From assembly GCA_964658305.1 (NCBI GenBank), contig OZ210884.1, positions 1,984,001 to 2,048,000 of the forward strand: DNA of 64,000 nucleotides, in the 5' to 3' direction. Each line of letters begins with the position of its first letter. Position 1 is the stretch's first letter. The position numbers and the translations under genes were made by a program. The notes beneath the pieces are model-generated. The model made no database searches. It saw only the letters and a program-made list of their open reading frames with translations, and was not told where the DNA came from. Shown here piece after piece: positions 40,980 to 53,800 of the stretch. This DNA is from Leptogorgia sarmentosa (taxonomy: Eukaryota).

Positions 40980-41110
40980 GACCCGTTTCATACGTCGAAT
41001 TTTGGTCGTGCCGAATGCAATTCAAGCAATAGATAATGAGATGACTTACTTCATTACCCATTGTTTGAATTGCATTCGATGCGACCAAAATTCGACGTAT
41101 GAAACGGGCC
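40980..41110. mobile_element. Palindromic PIF/Harbinger-like MITE
   Basis: gacccgtttcatacgtcgaattttggtcg...cgaccaaaattcgacgtatgaaacgggcc with TWA flanks. Confidence 0.75.
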
Positions 41111-42616
41111 TAAAACTCCCAATTGTCAAAATGTAAAAATACCCCTGATTTCTGTCTCTAGAAAGAAGATCGCGCATAATCTTGCGCGAATATGGTTGAA
41201 GATTTGGTCGTTATAAACGGGATGCCCGATTAGTTTTGAAGATGGCGGCTAATATTTCAAGAGCTTAACGTAATGCAAAACGTCCGGAAGCATGCGCTCT
41301 TATAGATGTCGCTAACAACACTTAAACCTTACTCCAAAGCTTCAACGAACCCTGACCCCAGCATTAACATTAAACTGAACAACAGGTATAGGTAGGTAAG
41401 AGTTTACATTTTGAATCGTATTCAAAAGCTGCCTATTTCGAGAGCCTTTATAGTTGTGGAGAGGACAAACTTATTTGAATCAGGTCAATCAGTTGTATAT
41501 TCCAGAATTGAATTGAACGGTGCATAACCAGCGCAAGTGTGTATATCAATTCGATTCGTCAAAAATTATTTGACGTTCCGATCGAAGCAAGCAAACTGAC
41601 AGAGTTGTCCTGCAGGGGGTTGGACCATTCTGACTCGAAACCACACAGAAAACTAAGATATAATTTCACACGTTCGGGTTGCTATTAGGCCCAGTTTAGA
41701 CTTCGCTCTTATATTCGTTTCATGCGTCGAATTTGGTCGCAATTCAAAAAGGAGAAGTTAGTCATGTCATTCTCCGTTGTTTGAATTGAATTCGACGCGA
41801 CCAAAATTCGACGTATTAGACCGGGCTATGTCGAATTATCGTCACGTCAAATGCAATTCAAACATTTGATAATAATTAAGGTGTCTTGGTTGGCATAAGA
41901 GCAACGTATAAATTAGACCATAGTCTCACGAGATCATTTAAATTTGCAGAGCTGCAAAAACCAACGTTTAACAACAAAAGAATGACCTCTACAGGGAATC
42001 CGAAGGAACAAAATATCATTGACAGTCATTGAGGTAGTGTAAGGTGAACGCAAATATGCGTCAGTTTTGGACAGATTTAATAAATACTGTATTCCTTTGT
42101 AAAGTAAACGGCCGTTTATTTTTGTTCGTTTTGCTGAGTGGATATTAAAATCGTCTTAGGCCAAGTTCAAACGTCGAACTTTTCATGTGCCAAACCTAAT
42201 GTTAATGAGCAAAGTTCTTTGTTTGAGCTCATTTGCATTAGGTTCGGCACATGAAAAGTTCGACGTCTGAACTGGGCCTCATTACCAGTCTGGATTTAGC
42301 CAGAGCACAGCTTTCAATTTAAAACAATACATTTATTTCAATGGTTTTGTTTTTATTTTTGATGTCTTGTATATTACATTATGCGTGCGTCCTTAAAATT
42401 AATGCCACAACTAATCAACATCTTAATCCCATGAATGCAATAATGAGGGGTGTCAAGTTAGTCTGAGAGGTTTCCGATACTTTGCATTTAAACTGCCAAA
42501 TTATTGTACATGTCAAATTATTATCAAGACAAAAACAAGATAGAGAGCGAGAGGAGGGGTTAATATTGCAAATTAGAAACAGTGACTATAAATTCTCCAT
42601 TGCTGTGCATTTGCAG

Positions 42617-43074
42617 TAAAAGAGCAATTCGTCTTTTGGAAAGAAGCTCCACAAAAAGAAGTCGTTGATTGTGTAATTCTGTGCACGTACGGGTAAGTCG
42701 AATATTTACATTGAATATTTTATTTAACTTTGGTGTGCGGTATGGAGTTGAATGTATAATTTGCTATATTTTTCAATGCAACATTAGTTTTTCCACAATA
42801 ATACGTGTTCACACGAAATTCTTCTCTTGCGATTTACAGAAGGGTATTTTTGAGGCAAATTGTCTTTACTTTATATCTCCATCATCATTATTACCTAAGA
42901 TGAAATTGGATCTATGGATATAATTGGCCGTATCTAACGGATTTACCCACTCAACAGGGACCCAAATACCCACATTCAATTCAGTGTGCAAAAGCCAATG
43001 TGCAGATAAACAGTGTTGAAACAACATACAATACAATAAAAGGAAATCATGGTTACTTGAGGCCACTGAAATAG
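42617..43074 (+). pseudogene. Two-exon relic of unknown gene (right copy)
   Basis: Exon 42617-42692 reads KEQFVFWKEAPQKEVVDCVILCTYG (cag/gtaagt). The second segment, 42900-43074, has TGA as its first full codon. Confidence 0.35.
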
Positions 43075-46000
43075 CTATACTTTGCAGAAAGGAATTCACT
43101 AAATATTGTAAACGATGATGATGTACCATTGATATCCACCCATCACTCCACTGCAGGGTCGACTATTGAAAGGAAATTTTCCTCCATTCTCCAAACCCTA
43201 GTAAAATGTGTAAACTAGTAGCGTTTCTAGTTGCCGTCACATTAATAGTGTGTACTCTGAAAACCACAGAAAACCCAGTGGGAAATGAATTTGCTATATG
43301 TTTGTCTCAAAGACGAAAAACAGGTTGCTTGCTTTTAAATTGAATCTAGAAATTACAATTGTGCTGTGTGCTAATGTTCAGCAACCGTGCATTGTTGTAA
43401 AATTTCTTGTGCCATGGCGATAATATCTCGGCAACCTAGTGAAAGAATTTAAATATCAAGAGAACTTCATTTTGTGACGTTCAGTTTTACGTACAGTAAG
43501 AGAGCGAGAAAGGTAAATTAATAGAAGCTGACATTCTGTTGATATGAATTATTCCTTTGTAACTCATTTCCCAACTATCACATCGACTCAACTGCGCTAG
43601 ATGTAATATATTACTTTGCTATAATTTACTAAAAACCGGGTATCTATACCTTTAACATGCATCAATCGTATTTCATGGTATTTTGCTCTCTTATTCTCAA
43701 CAAGTTACTTCAACAGGAAAACAGCCTTCAAGAACACTGTTTCTGTTAATATTTTGTTCGGAATCGCAAACCCAAGAAAATAGCTTTCATCATCATAAAT
43801 GAAATAAATTAATATGAATAAATATGACGAGATATTGGAAAAATATAGGAAATTGCCAAAACTGAGAAAATTGACGCTTGATTATATAAAAACACGTGCA
43901 CACTTCACACTGTGAAAGGATCTAAATGTTGGCTCACTTCCCAGTATCAACTTGACCCGAAATAACAATCACTACTATAATGGCTGTCGGCCAATACGAT
44001 TAGGTCTAGATTTTTTTTAGGTCCAGATCAGAGTTTGCTTAGATCAGCTAGAAATTCCTCTCACTAACTCTCCCATGAGAATAACAGGTAAAGAATCGAT
44101 AATAACATCACGTAGCCAAGAGATTAAAATTAGGAAATTAATGTTTGCCAATGGCTAATGTTGTCATTTGAAACACTTGGCGCTACAGGGAGCATAAGAA
44201 AAGAGTAGTTTTTGAGATTTAAATCAAAGTAGAAACTTTTGGAGCCACTTTCGGGAATATATAGTTAATTATAACTCTATCCCTACATCTATTGCGAACG
44301 AGAAGTACATATATTTCATCTATTCTTATCATTTCATGCTGACGATTTTCAATATTTTGTATGTGTCATAATTAAAATGGCATTGGTGAGCTAGTCAGCT
44401 TTACTCAAGTTTATTCATTTGGGTTGCGTTCAGTGTTTACGCAGCATATAACATGAGTTTTAATATTAAAATTTGCGAAACTTTGTTCCAATCCTATTTC
44501 AAGTAATAATATATCCCTTATCATAAGATGCCAGCACATGTACAACGGGAATGGAATTAATTATTCTTGTATCGTTTCAAATCGCGCAGGTTCATTTTAG
44601 TAATAATAGAATTACATATAGGGTTTATGAATCGTCACGTAGTTGCATGGTAAGTTTCTGGAAAGTTCACCTCTTTGTATCAAGTGGAAATGCTATATCT
44701 AGTGCATATACAACATAATTATTAAAGTCTTCCCACCCAGAGAAATGACATTTCATTAAATGAAAACAATGTCTAATAAACAGTCATTTTTTTCAATAAA
44801 AGTACTGCTGGCAATAACAATCATAAGTTCAAAAGATGTTAGCAATTGATTGAAATTTCTAAACTTTATCACAATGAAGACTTAAATCTCGTAAACAAGA
44901 GAGATTTATAACGAATCGTGGATTCACTGAACTTCCTAGGTTGTCTAAATGACCTGCCATTAGCACTTATAGACCTTTACAAAATTACTCAAAAACTTTC
45001 TTTTCATTTCAATTTTAGAGTCTACATTCCAAATACACTCGCGGTAGAGCAAGGTGATTGAAATGCCAAAATTGGCCATTAATAGTTTTGAAAGCCTCTA
45101 TTCCTATAGGGCCAATATTTCAACCGAAATTGTCTCTATGTAGGCAGTGTTCAACAATTATCGCAATTTCTTGACAGTATATGCTAATAGACCACTCCAA
45201 TGCATGCTTGATTGGGGTTCATCACAAATAATTATCTTGCAAATTCTGAACTTGTTCGCATATTTGGTGGAAAGCATTCTAGCAACCATATTAGTTCCAA
45301 GATATTAAACGTTTTAAAGAAAGTAATGTCTCAAGTAAGTTTGCAAGTATTCGTATAAATTCGTAGATTTTTGCAACTACCACGCAGACGTGTGGGAATT
45401 TCGAACTTTAGCAGACTTTAACTTATCTTTAATTAAATATGCATATTGAACTACATAACGTTCTTAACTTGTTTGGGAACTGTTGTAAACACTAAGTCCG
45501 TTTTCCAAAAGGCGATTATATCATTCGCACGAATAACCAAATTCAAAACGTGAATGTGATTAGATGGTTGTTGTGTCAGTGCCGGTCGCCAGCAAATCAG
45601 ATTGCCTGCTTCTGCTTTCGCGCAAAATTTTTCGCTTAGTAGAAAACACCTTTTATGGCGGTTGGTGTAGAGAGAGGATTATAACACACACTTATTGATT
45701 CAGCGTTGGTGTCTTTAAACATTAATAACCCGTTATACGTGTTTACAATTCGTTACATGGCCTTCTGAATGTATTCCTTACATAATACTGTTGGATCGTT
45801 TAAAATATGCAATCTCGTGAGTATATCGGAAAAATAAAGCGAACTATTCTGCATGATGTAATAAATTACGATTATAATTTAAATCATATACAGTGTGTAT
45901 CAGAAAAAGAACACAACCTTTTCAAATTCAAAAACAATTAATACATGAATATGTCTGGTATATTGCATTTTTGTCGCTTGCGACCGCTACAGTATAATAT

Positions 46001-47809
46001 TATTTCGAATATGGGTTATTCGTAAGAAAAGACTCTTTGTATATCCTGCACGTACATCCCCGCCTCCAAACTGACAGCATTTGGCAAGATCCAAGTTTCA
46101 TAAGAGCCACTTAATCCCTCCTTTGTTTGGTAAGAGATCGTTTATAATGTCGTTAATCAAGTGCATATCTAATGGTCTGCATCCATTATCCTTGAATAAC
46201 AAGTTATCAGAAGCAGAGCTCGAGTTACTTAATTGCTAAGACTTTCGCGAAAAATCGTATTTACATAATATTGTAAACAATGTCCTTTGTAACAAAACTA
46301 CTCGTGAAATTTCAATACTATACGTGGCACAAAAAAAACACACAACGGTGTGCTATGAAACATCATCTATTGTGATCATTTCAATAGCTGGATGTAATGA
46401 GCGAAAAATTTTAACAGGTGCATATATTAAAGTTTGTCTTATTCACTAATTAAAATATCTTTGTAATTAAAGCGCAATTCAGCATAGTGTGATACCATTG
46501 AAATTATTGTAATAGGTCATTTTCAATAGCTACATAAAAATTTCTCCATACACCGTATGAAGAAATGACGCATCTTGATCATTCTTATTAGCAAAATTAA
46601 AACGCTATCTTCAGCTAAATTTCTTAAACTCAGATGCTTTCAAAAGAAGGAATAATGATAGTTGGTATATAAATTTCAATTCATGAAAATTCTTTGTGAT
46701 GCATTGAATTCGAAAAAAAGTGGACATGCATTGATATTAATATTAATATTGCAATTGCTTTTTTAATTAAGACAAGTCACGATATTATACCATGCAGGAG
46801 ATAACATTCGGCCTTTATTTTCTCTTATATCTTCGAAAAAGCATTGCAGTGAGAGTCAACATGGAATATTTCATGACATGCAAAATGTTACCCAGGGTCA
46901 ATGGTGTTTGTCTTTATTTCGGATTAATGCATATAATATGAAGCATATATAAATAAAATATATGCTAGCGAATAGGAGTTTTGTCCATTCCGGTCTTGGG
47001 TGTTAATGGATAAAAATAGTGTTGGGCAAAGGTGTTAAGAAAGTGCTAAGAATTACGATAAGAGTATTAAGTAGAGGTGTAAAGATGGAAAAGAATGGCG
47101 TTAGAACACTTAGATTTTCGGCATAGCCGGACAAGGAGGAGGAGTCTTGATAAGTACACTGCTATTATAAGGCAACGGGCTTGCGAGATTGCGAGATTGC
47201 GAGATGAAGACAGTCGCTGAAGTCGAAAGACGAACAACGAACAAGGAACTTTGAAAGCCCACCTCGTCCCCATTGTGCATCATTCAAACTTTACCAACCA
47301 TGGCGTAATTTGGGGCCTTACCTTACCGGGCAAAACACTTCGGATATATACGAACAATCAATATTTAAATAATCTAAAGTTATTAATTTTATGATAAAAT
47401 AGCAAGGGGAATTTTACCCCTAGTCCAAATTATCACAAACCTGGGTAAAGAATATATTATCAACCTCTTATGCACAGCTGTAAACGAGCTGCGGAAATGC
47501 AGCAGCTTGGTGCAAAAGCCATTATATCTTTACATAATCTAATAGTTTAGCAAGGCGCAACGCATAGATGCTGTAATACGCTGTATAACCTTCTATGCTG
47601 AGAGATAGCAGTAAATTTCGAATATACTCGAAATGGTTGCGGTGCAATGCGAGAATTGTCGACTGTTCACACGAGCGTTTTGAATTCGGAATTGAAGTGC
47701 GACGGAAATCGCACCGTAAATCGCAGCAAAAATCGCCTGTGTAAACGGGCCTTAAGGCATAAAGGCCTCCATCATTGTTGATATCTATTGTTTCTTTGTG
47801 TAGACGAAT

Positions 47810-50800
47810 ATGGCGTTTACTTGCGTTCCTCGAGCAGCCACTGTTATTATAGCAGGTAAAAAAGTCGTTTTTTAATAATTTGATATCTATCAATATGATT
47901 CATGCTTTATTGTTGGGTTCACATGAACTTTGCGAAATCAACACGAAACTTTTTCATTCTGCAGTGTCTTGAAAACATTGCAAATAAATAATACGGTTTC
48001 TTGGCTAATAATTTGTGTTCTTTGTCCGGCAGGTCTATTGTGTAGTTTGAGTCATGCGGATATTTTTCTCCACAATCCCAGAGGTTCAAACAATCGCCTG
48101 AATGGAGCTGGTGCTAATAGAGGAAATAACAATCGACTGTTCGACTCTCAGGTCCGTTTTACAGCCTAAATAAACTGACAGCGCCTTTTTTAACAAATAC
48201 CCTGGAGAGGCTAAGGCCCCTCCCCCCACCCCCTTTGCTTGGCGCCCATCCCTCCCCACCCCACTAGAGGAATTTTGCCCCGTTGGTAAAAGTCCCTTTT
48301 GTCCGAAGATGAGCGAAAATCATTTTGAAATTGCAGGAATTTTGCCCGATGTATCAGGTGCTTAAAGCAGCTTCCTAAATTCGAAAACAATGAGTATCTT
48401 GTAAACAATTTATGCACTCGTTGCGTCAACCGTCCTCCGTGTAAAATTTCGAGTTTTTATATTTCATTTTCTTAAAATTAGTGCGAATTATGTCTTTCAA
48501 ATTGAAAAATAAATAGAGTTACGTCGTATATTGTCAATTGTATGGATTCTTGTTGCTAGTTTCTACTGATTATGCTTTATTCTGCTGAAACCTTCCTCAG
48601 TCACCTCACACATGGCAAACCGTCCTATGGGTGGTACGCGCATACTCGCAGTTTTTTTGCAACTCTGTTTCAAAGGTACAAACATTTGATATTCTTCCTT
48701 CTCAAACATGTTCATTCTCAAACAGAACAATGCCAAAGGTGGATACAATGTCGGCGATAAAACAGACCAAGCATCAACCCAAGAGGATCAACAATTTAAC
48801 ATGGTAAGTGTACAGTCAGCTCATGAATTTATAACATTTTTTTCTGCTAAAAATGTAATACAAATTCGCTACGCGTCAAGTTAGAAATACTGAAAGAAAC
48901 AAAAAAAAAGAAAAGAACGCGGATATGAATTTGGAGTTTTATTCCTGGGATATAAATAGATATTGGAACATAATTATCACGGGCTTGAAATACATGTTGG
49001 GGTAAAGGAACTGTTGGGGTGCCTTGCCAACACCGATCAACGTAATCCTGCAATAGTACCATCCAGCGGTCATACCTTGAGAGATAATTCGATACATTAT
49101 CATTCTCAGCCATCGGAGAGACAGCATATGTCCCCAAATGCTCACAATTTACCATCTGTGTTAATTCTCCTACCTATCCAATGCACCCGGCGCTTCTGGG
49201 ATAACTGCAAAAAATCGTGCATATTGATTGACGTTTGCAATGGCGTAAAATTAGCATTTCGGTTGACGGGCAATTATGACGAGAGGTAGAGAGATTTAAG
49301 TATTGATTGATGTGTTACCGGTCAGGTTATCTCGGTACAACCACTCAGATCATGGAAAAATCGTGTACAACTTGTTCAATTGCCCATCATTTGGGGGAAT
49401 GATGAAAATGCGATTGCACACAAGCAATAATTGATATCATACTATGAAACTGAATGCTAATGAATGTGATTTCTTGCAGTTGCTGGTAATATATCCGGCG
49501 GCAAAGCTTCACTTATTACACAAGTATTGAAATCATTTGGAGTAATTATACTACTGTACCTCATTTTATTTACAACGTATTTCCAAAAACAGGCTACAAG
49601 TTTTGAAATTAAATTTAGCCGCATAGTAATGAATTCATAAAACGAGCATGATTGCTTCTAGTCATTTAGCCACAAGACGAAAAAAACAGATTTGCACCAA
49701 GTTTGCAAACTGGTGCATATGTGGCATTCGCCGCGTTTCAATTTATCTTCCAATATTATCGCAAATGTATTGCGAACTTAAATACCAAATTATTTGTGAA
49801 ATATCTACGAGTTCACTTTGGTAATTTAAACCATATTTGTACTATATATGAATTGTATTGATGAAAATTTATTTTCTATTTTTTTTCTAAATCAGTACGG
49901 AATTTGTATTCTGGAAAATTTGATGCAAACACAGTGGATGTTAAATTTGCAACGGTCGCCAAGTACAAATGAACTTCTTCGTAACCAATGATTGTCTAGT
50001 TATGGCCATTTCTTTTGTTAATGAACACGTTTGTGCATGTGACGTAACATCAAATTTAAGCAGCTCAGATCAATCGGATCACCATAACAATGACGAATTT
50101 GAATTTCAAAGACCAGTTTTTTTTTCTACGCATGAATATACAGGGTGTGTCAGAAAAAACTGGCACATTAAAAATTCATATTAGCCGAGAAGCTGTGGCA
50201 GCAATTTAACAATAAAAAGAAAACATCAGAGTAAGTTATTCGCGCAATTAAAATGACTTGAACTCCAACACGGAATTGAGATCGTCTGTCTATTTGACAC
50301 GATTTTTTTCTATTTGTACCTATGTACCTGCGTTTTTACCTCATTTCCGTTGAGATGACGCAATCAGGCAATACTAAAACATTTAATGACCGACCGGTCA
50401 ACAATGATATTAGTGTGCACATGCGCGTGACTTGTAAAGTTCAACGCAAAAACGTGTCTGCCCGGTCAGCTAGTCGACCCGTGAAAATTCAACACTGGCA
50501 CTTGCTGTATAACAAAACAATTATTATTTACTGAAACCTCGGGAAACAGCGAGTTTTGTGTCCCCTTGGCACTGTGTAAACTCGGCTTCACCTCGTATGT
50601 ATCAATTTGGATATAAATATAATAGTAGTTAATATAGTTGCGTCTGCAGGAGGGTTTAAAAGGTCCAACATAGCTACACAATGAACACCACAGGAACTGC
50701 TGAACCAATACTGTATCATTCAATTTAATCACCGTTGAGAATCGTCCCTGAAACTTGTTCTCAGTAACTTCAACTTTAAGATTAATTATATGCAATAAGA

Positions 50801-53800
50801 ACAAAGTTACAAAGTTCGATCAGCATAGAGAAAAGCAAAGAATCATTAGCATTGAAAAATGAATGTCGTAAAGGGTCATTTTTATGGTCATTTTTATCTG
50901 CCAAATTTTATCACTTGCTCGTAAGCCTACACGAACTCTAGTCAGTCGTCAGTACTGTATCCTCATGAAGCTTAAATATCATAAATAATTTAACGTCCCC
51001 TACAATGTTACGACTAAATTGTGAAATGTCGTGTCCGTGTTTCAGCACTATTTCCAGAGTGGCAAAGGACATACAAGTAATCAAGGAAGATCTGTGTTAA
51101 CCATAGAGTGGACAAACCAACATGGCTGCAATGATCGAGATTTGAATTGTAACTTTGTCCTTCAATATCGTTGCCAAAATGACAAGAAACATGAAAAGTT
51201 GAATAAACACTCGATGAGAAATGGTAAGAATGCCAGATGCATGCACTTGTCATTCATTATAATGCACTTGCCATAATTAATAAAGCACTTCTTGTTTATA
51301 GTTCTAACCTTGTTTAAAAAACGTTTAAACATTCATCTCAATAACCATGAAAATATAGTTAAAATTGATTTGTTACTATGGAAGAGAAAAGTTTAATTCA
51401 CATGATATCAGTATAGTCGATAGTTTTTTTTTTGCTAAATTTTCACTGATCCAGGTCATTGTGGGGATAATGTGATTGTCCACTTCAGGCCCGTTTACAT
51501 CGTTGTTCAGTTATGAATGTCCTAAGTAAGGAAATCTCATAACTACTTTGATAAGTAATCTACTCCTTGACGTCGCTGAAAAAGTGGAAATTGCTCCTAA
51601 ATTCGCAGCAAAAATTGCCGGTGTAAGCGGGCCTTTATAATTTTCAATCTACCTATAGGGCATGATAAAGCAACTCCGCAATATAATGAACAATGGTACG
51701 CCAGTCGCTCAGAAAAAGACCAGCAGTTGACGAGTGTCTCATCAACATTATCCAAAGGTCTTCACGAATCCTGGGAATGGTATGACAAATGCAACAAAAG
51801 AAAGCGCTTAGGTCAGTTACGTTGTTTCATGGAGAAAAGGCCATTCCGTCAATTTCATTTTCTGTTCGAAAAATATAATTAAAAATGCTTGCATTATAAT
51901 TTCGTTGATTATGAGAAGATTATAGATTTCGGGCAATACTAAGTTGAAACAAAAGGTTTATGCTATTTTGCAGGAGTACGCTGTGCAAACACAACTAAAT
52001 CTGGGAAATGCTGCGTATTTCCATTTTACTATGAAGGCAAGGAGTATAACTCGTGCACAACATATAACAATGAAAACAAGTTATGGTGTGGAACACAAAC
52101 CCTCGTCAGCGGGAGTTCATCATGGGACGATTGCCTAGGTACTTCTACAGGACCCACTACCATCGCGCCTACTATCGCGTCGAAAGACAAAGGTTGGTAA
52201 AAATTGCTTTCAATACAGTCATAAATCAAACATAATATCAAATAATTCAACGAATGATAAAGGGTTATTGACCGAGTGTGAGGTCTGTACTGTGAAATAT
52301 CAGACCGCGGTTTTTCAGTATGTACCGAGCGACGGTAGACATACACGCTCAATCTAAAACAATTTGGTTTTTTGAAATTTGTATCTTAAATTGGAAAATT
52401 AAAAAGCAAAAATATTTTGTGAATGCGAAGCGAAAATTGCCGCCAGATAAACGACATCCGGGACACCGGTCCAGATACGGAAAATACGGACCACGGTGCG
52501 GATATGGGTTTTTACGGACCGCTTGTCGACCAATCAGAATAGAGAATTTTGAAAAGCCATATAATAGTAATGGCTTATTGACCGAGCGTGAGGTCTGTAC
52601 TGTGAAATATCAGACCGAGGTTTTTTAGTATGGACCGAGCGACGAAGGAGCGAGGTCAATGCAAGAAACTGAGGTCTGATGTTTCACAGTACAGACCAAA
52701 CAAGCGAGGTCAATATTCCGTTTATTTTATGGCTGAATTGATTTTCAAGCATATGCGCGCGAATTAATTAAACTGGTTAAATCGGAATTAAATCATCAGT
52801 TTCACTTACAATACACCGTACATACATGTTCAATAAAAAACAATTTGGTTGTTTGAAATTTTTGTCTGTAAATTTTATTAAGATTGGAAAATTGAAAAGC
52901 AAAAATATTTTCTGTTTGCAAAGCGAAATTTCCCGCTGGATAAACGACATCCAGGACAGCCGTGCGGATACGGAAAATACGGACCACGGTCCGGATATGG
53001 GTTTTTACGGACGGCTTGTCGGAATAATACTATTTAAATTTCGCATTGCAAACAGAAAATATTTTTGCTTTTTATTTTTTTATTTAAAATTTACAGATAA
53101 AAATTTCAGACAGCCAAATTGGTTTTTATTGAGCATGTCATATCTGCCGTACTGCATGTTACCCAGCGAAAATGATTATAGCCGATTTAATTCAATAATA
53201 ACACTCATTATTATATGGCTGACATAAATGCCGCACGCTGATTGGTTGATTAGCGGTCCGGAAAAAGTCATCTTGCCCGGTCAGGAAAGTCATCTTGCCC
53301 GGTCAGGAAAGTCATCTTGCCCGCTCGTGAAACTATTGTACAAATAAAATTTTTAAGGAAACTAAATCTTATTATGCCGTACCGTGACGATGAAGAACAC
53401 TCCCCGATTGAATTTTACTGTCCCAGAAAAACACACGACACAAAATGCTGAGTTTTAAAGTGAAAATAACGGCGAACAAAACAACAGTTTGAAAACTGTT
53501 CCGAACATTGTTTTCACAACACTTAATGGCTTCATTTCGCATCGAACGTTTGTTGTTTATCACGACATTTACATTATATTTTTTTATTCAATTTTTTCCT
53601 TTGTTGTATTTTTATTGTTTTGTTGTGGTACAGCAGTGAACGGCCAGAAACCGCCATTCAGTATGCCAGTGTATACGGCTGAAGGTTTTAGCAGCGAAAA
53701 TGTTTTCTAGTTCTTTCTACAATGTCAGAACAAATTGCGATCGAACAAAGCCATATAATAAATGCCTTATTAACCTCATTTGCTCTGTCTGTACGGGAAA

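Noticed and set aside
47930..48032. Non-AUG start (TTG or ACG) giving a signal peptide [13 protein letters not shown]
   Set aside because: This is an intron end with a CTAAT branch point and CAG acceptor. A phase-compatible ATG exon exists at 47810-47855 and is conserved at 9894-9849.
48847..49289. Overlapping 68-108-aa ORFs in intron 3 of the right gene
   Set aside because: No recognisable motif, and the central part is absent from the left paralogue; treated as an unclassified insertion.
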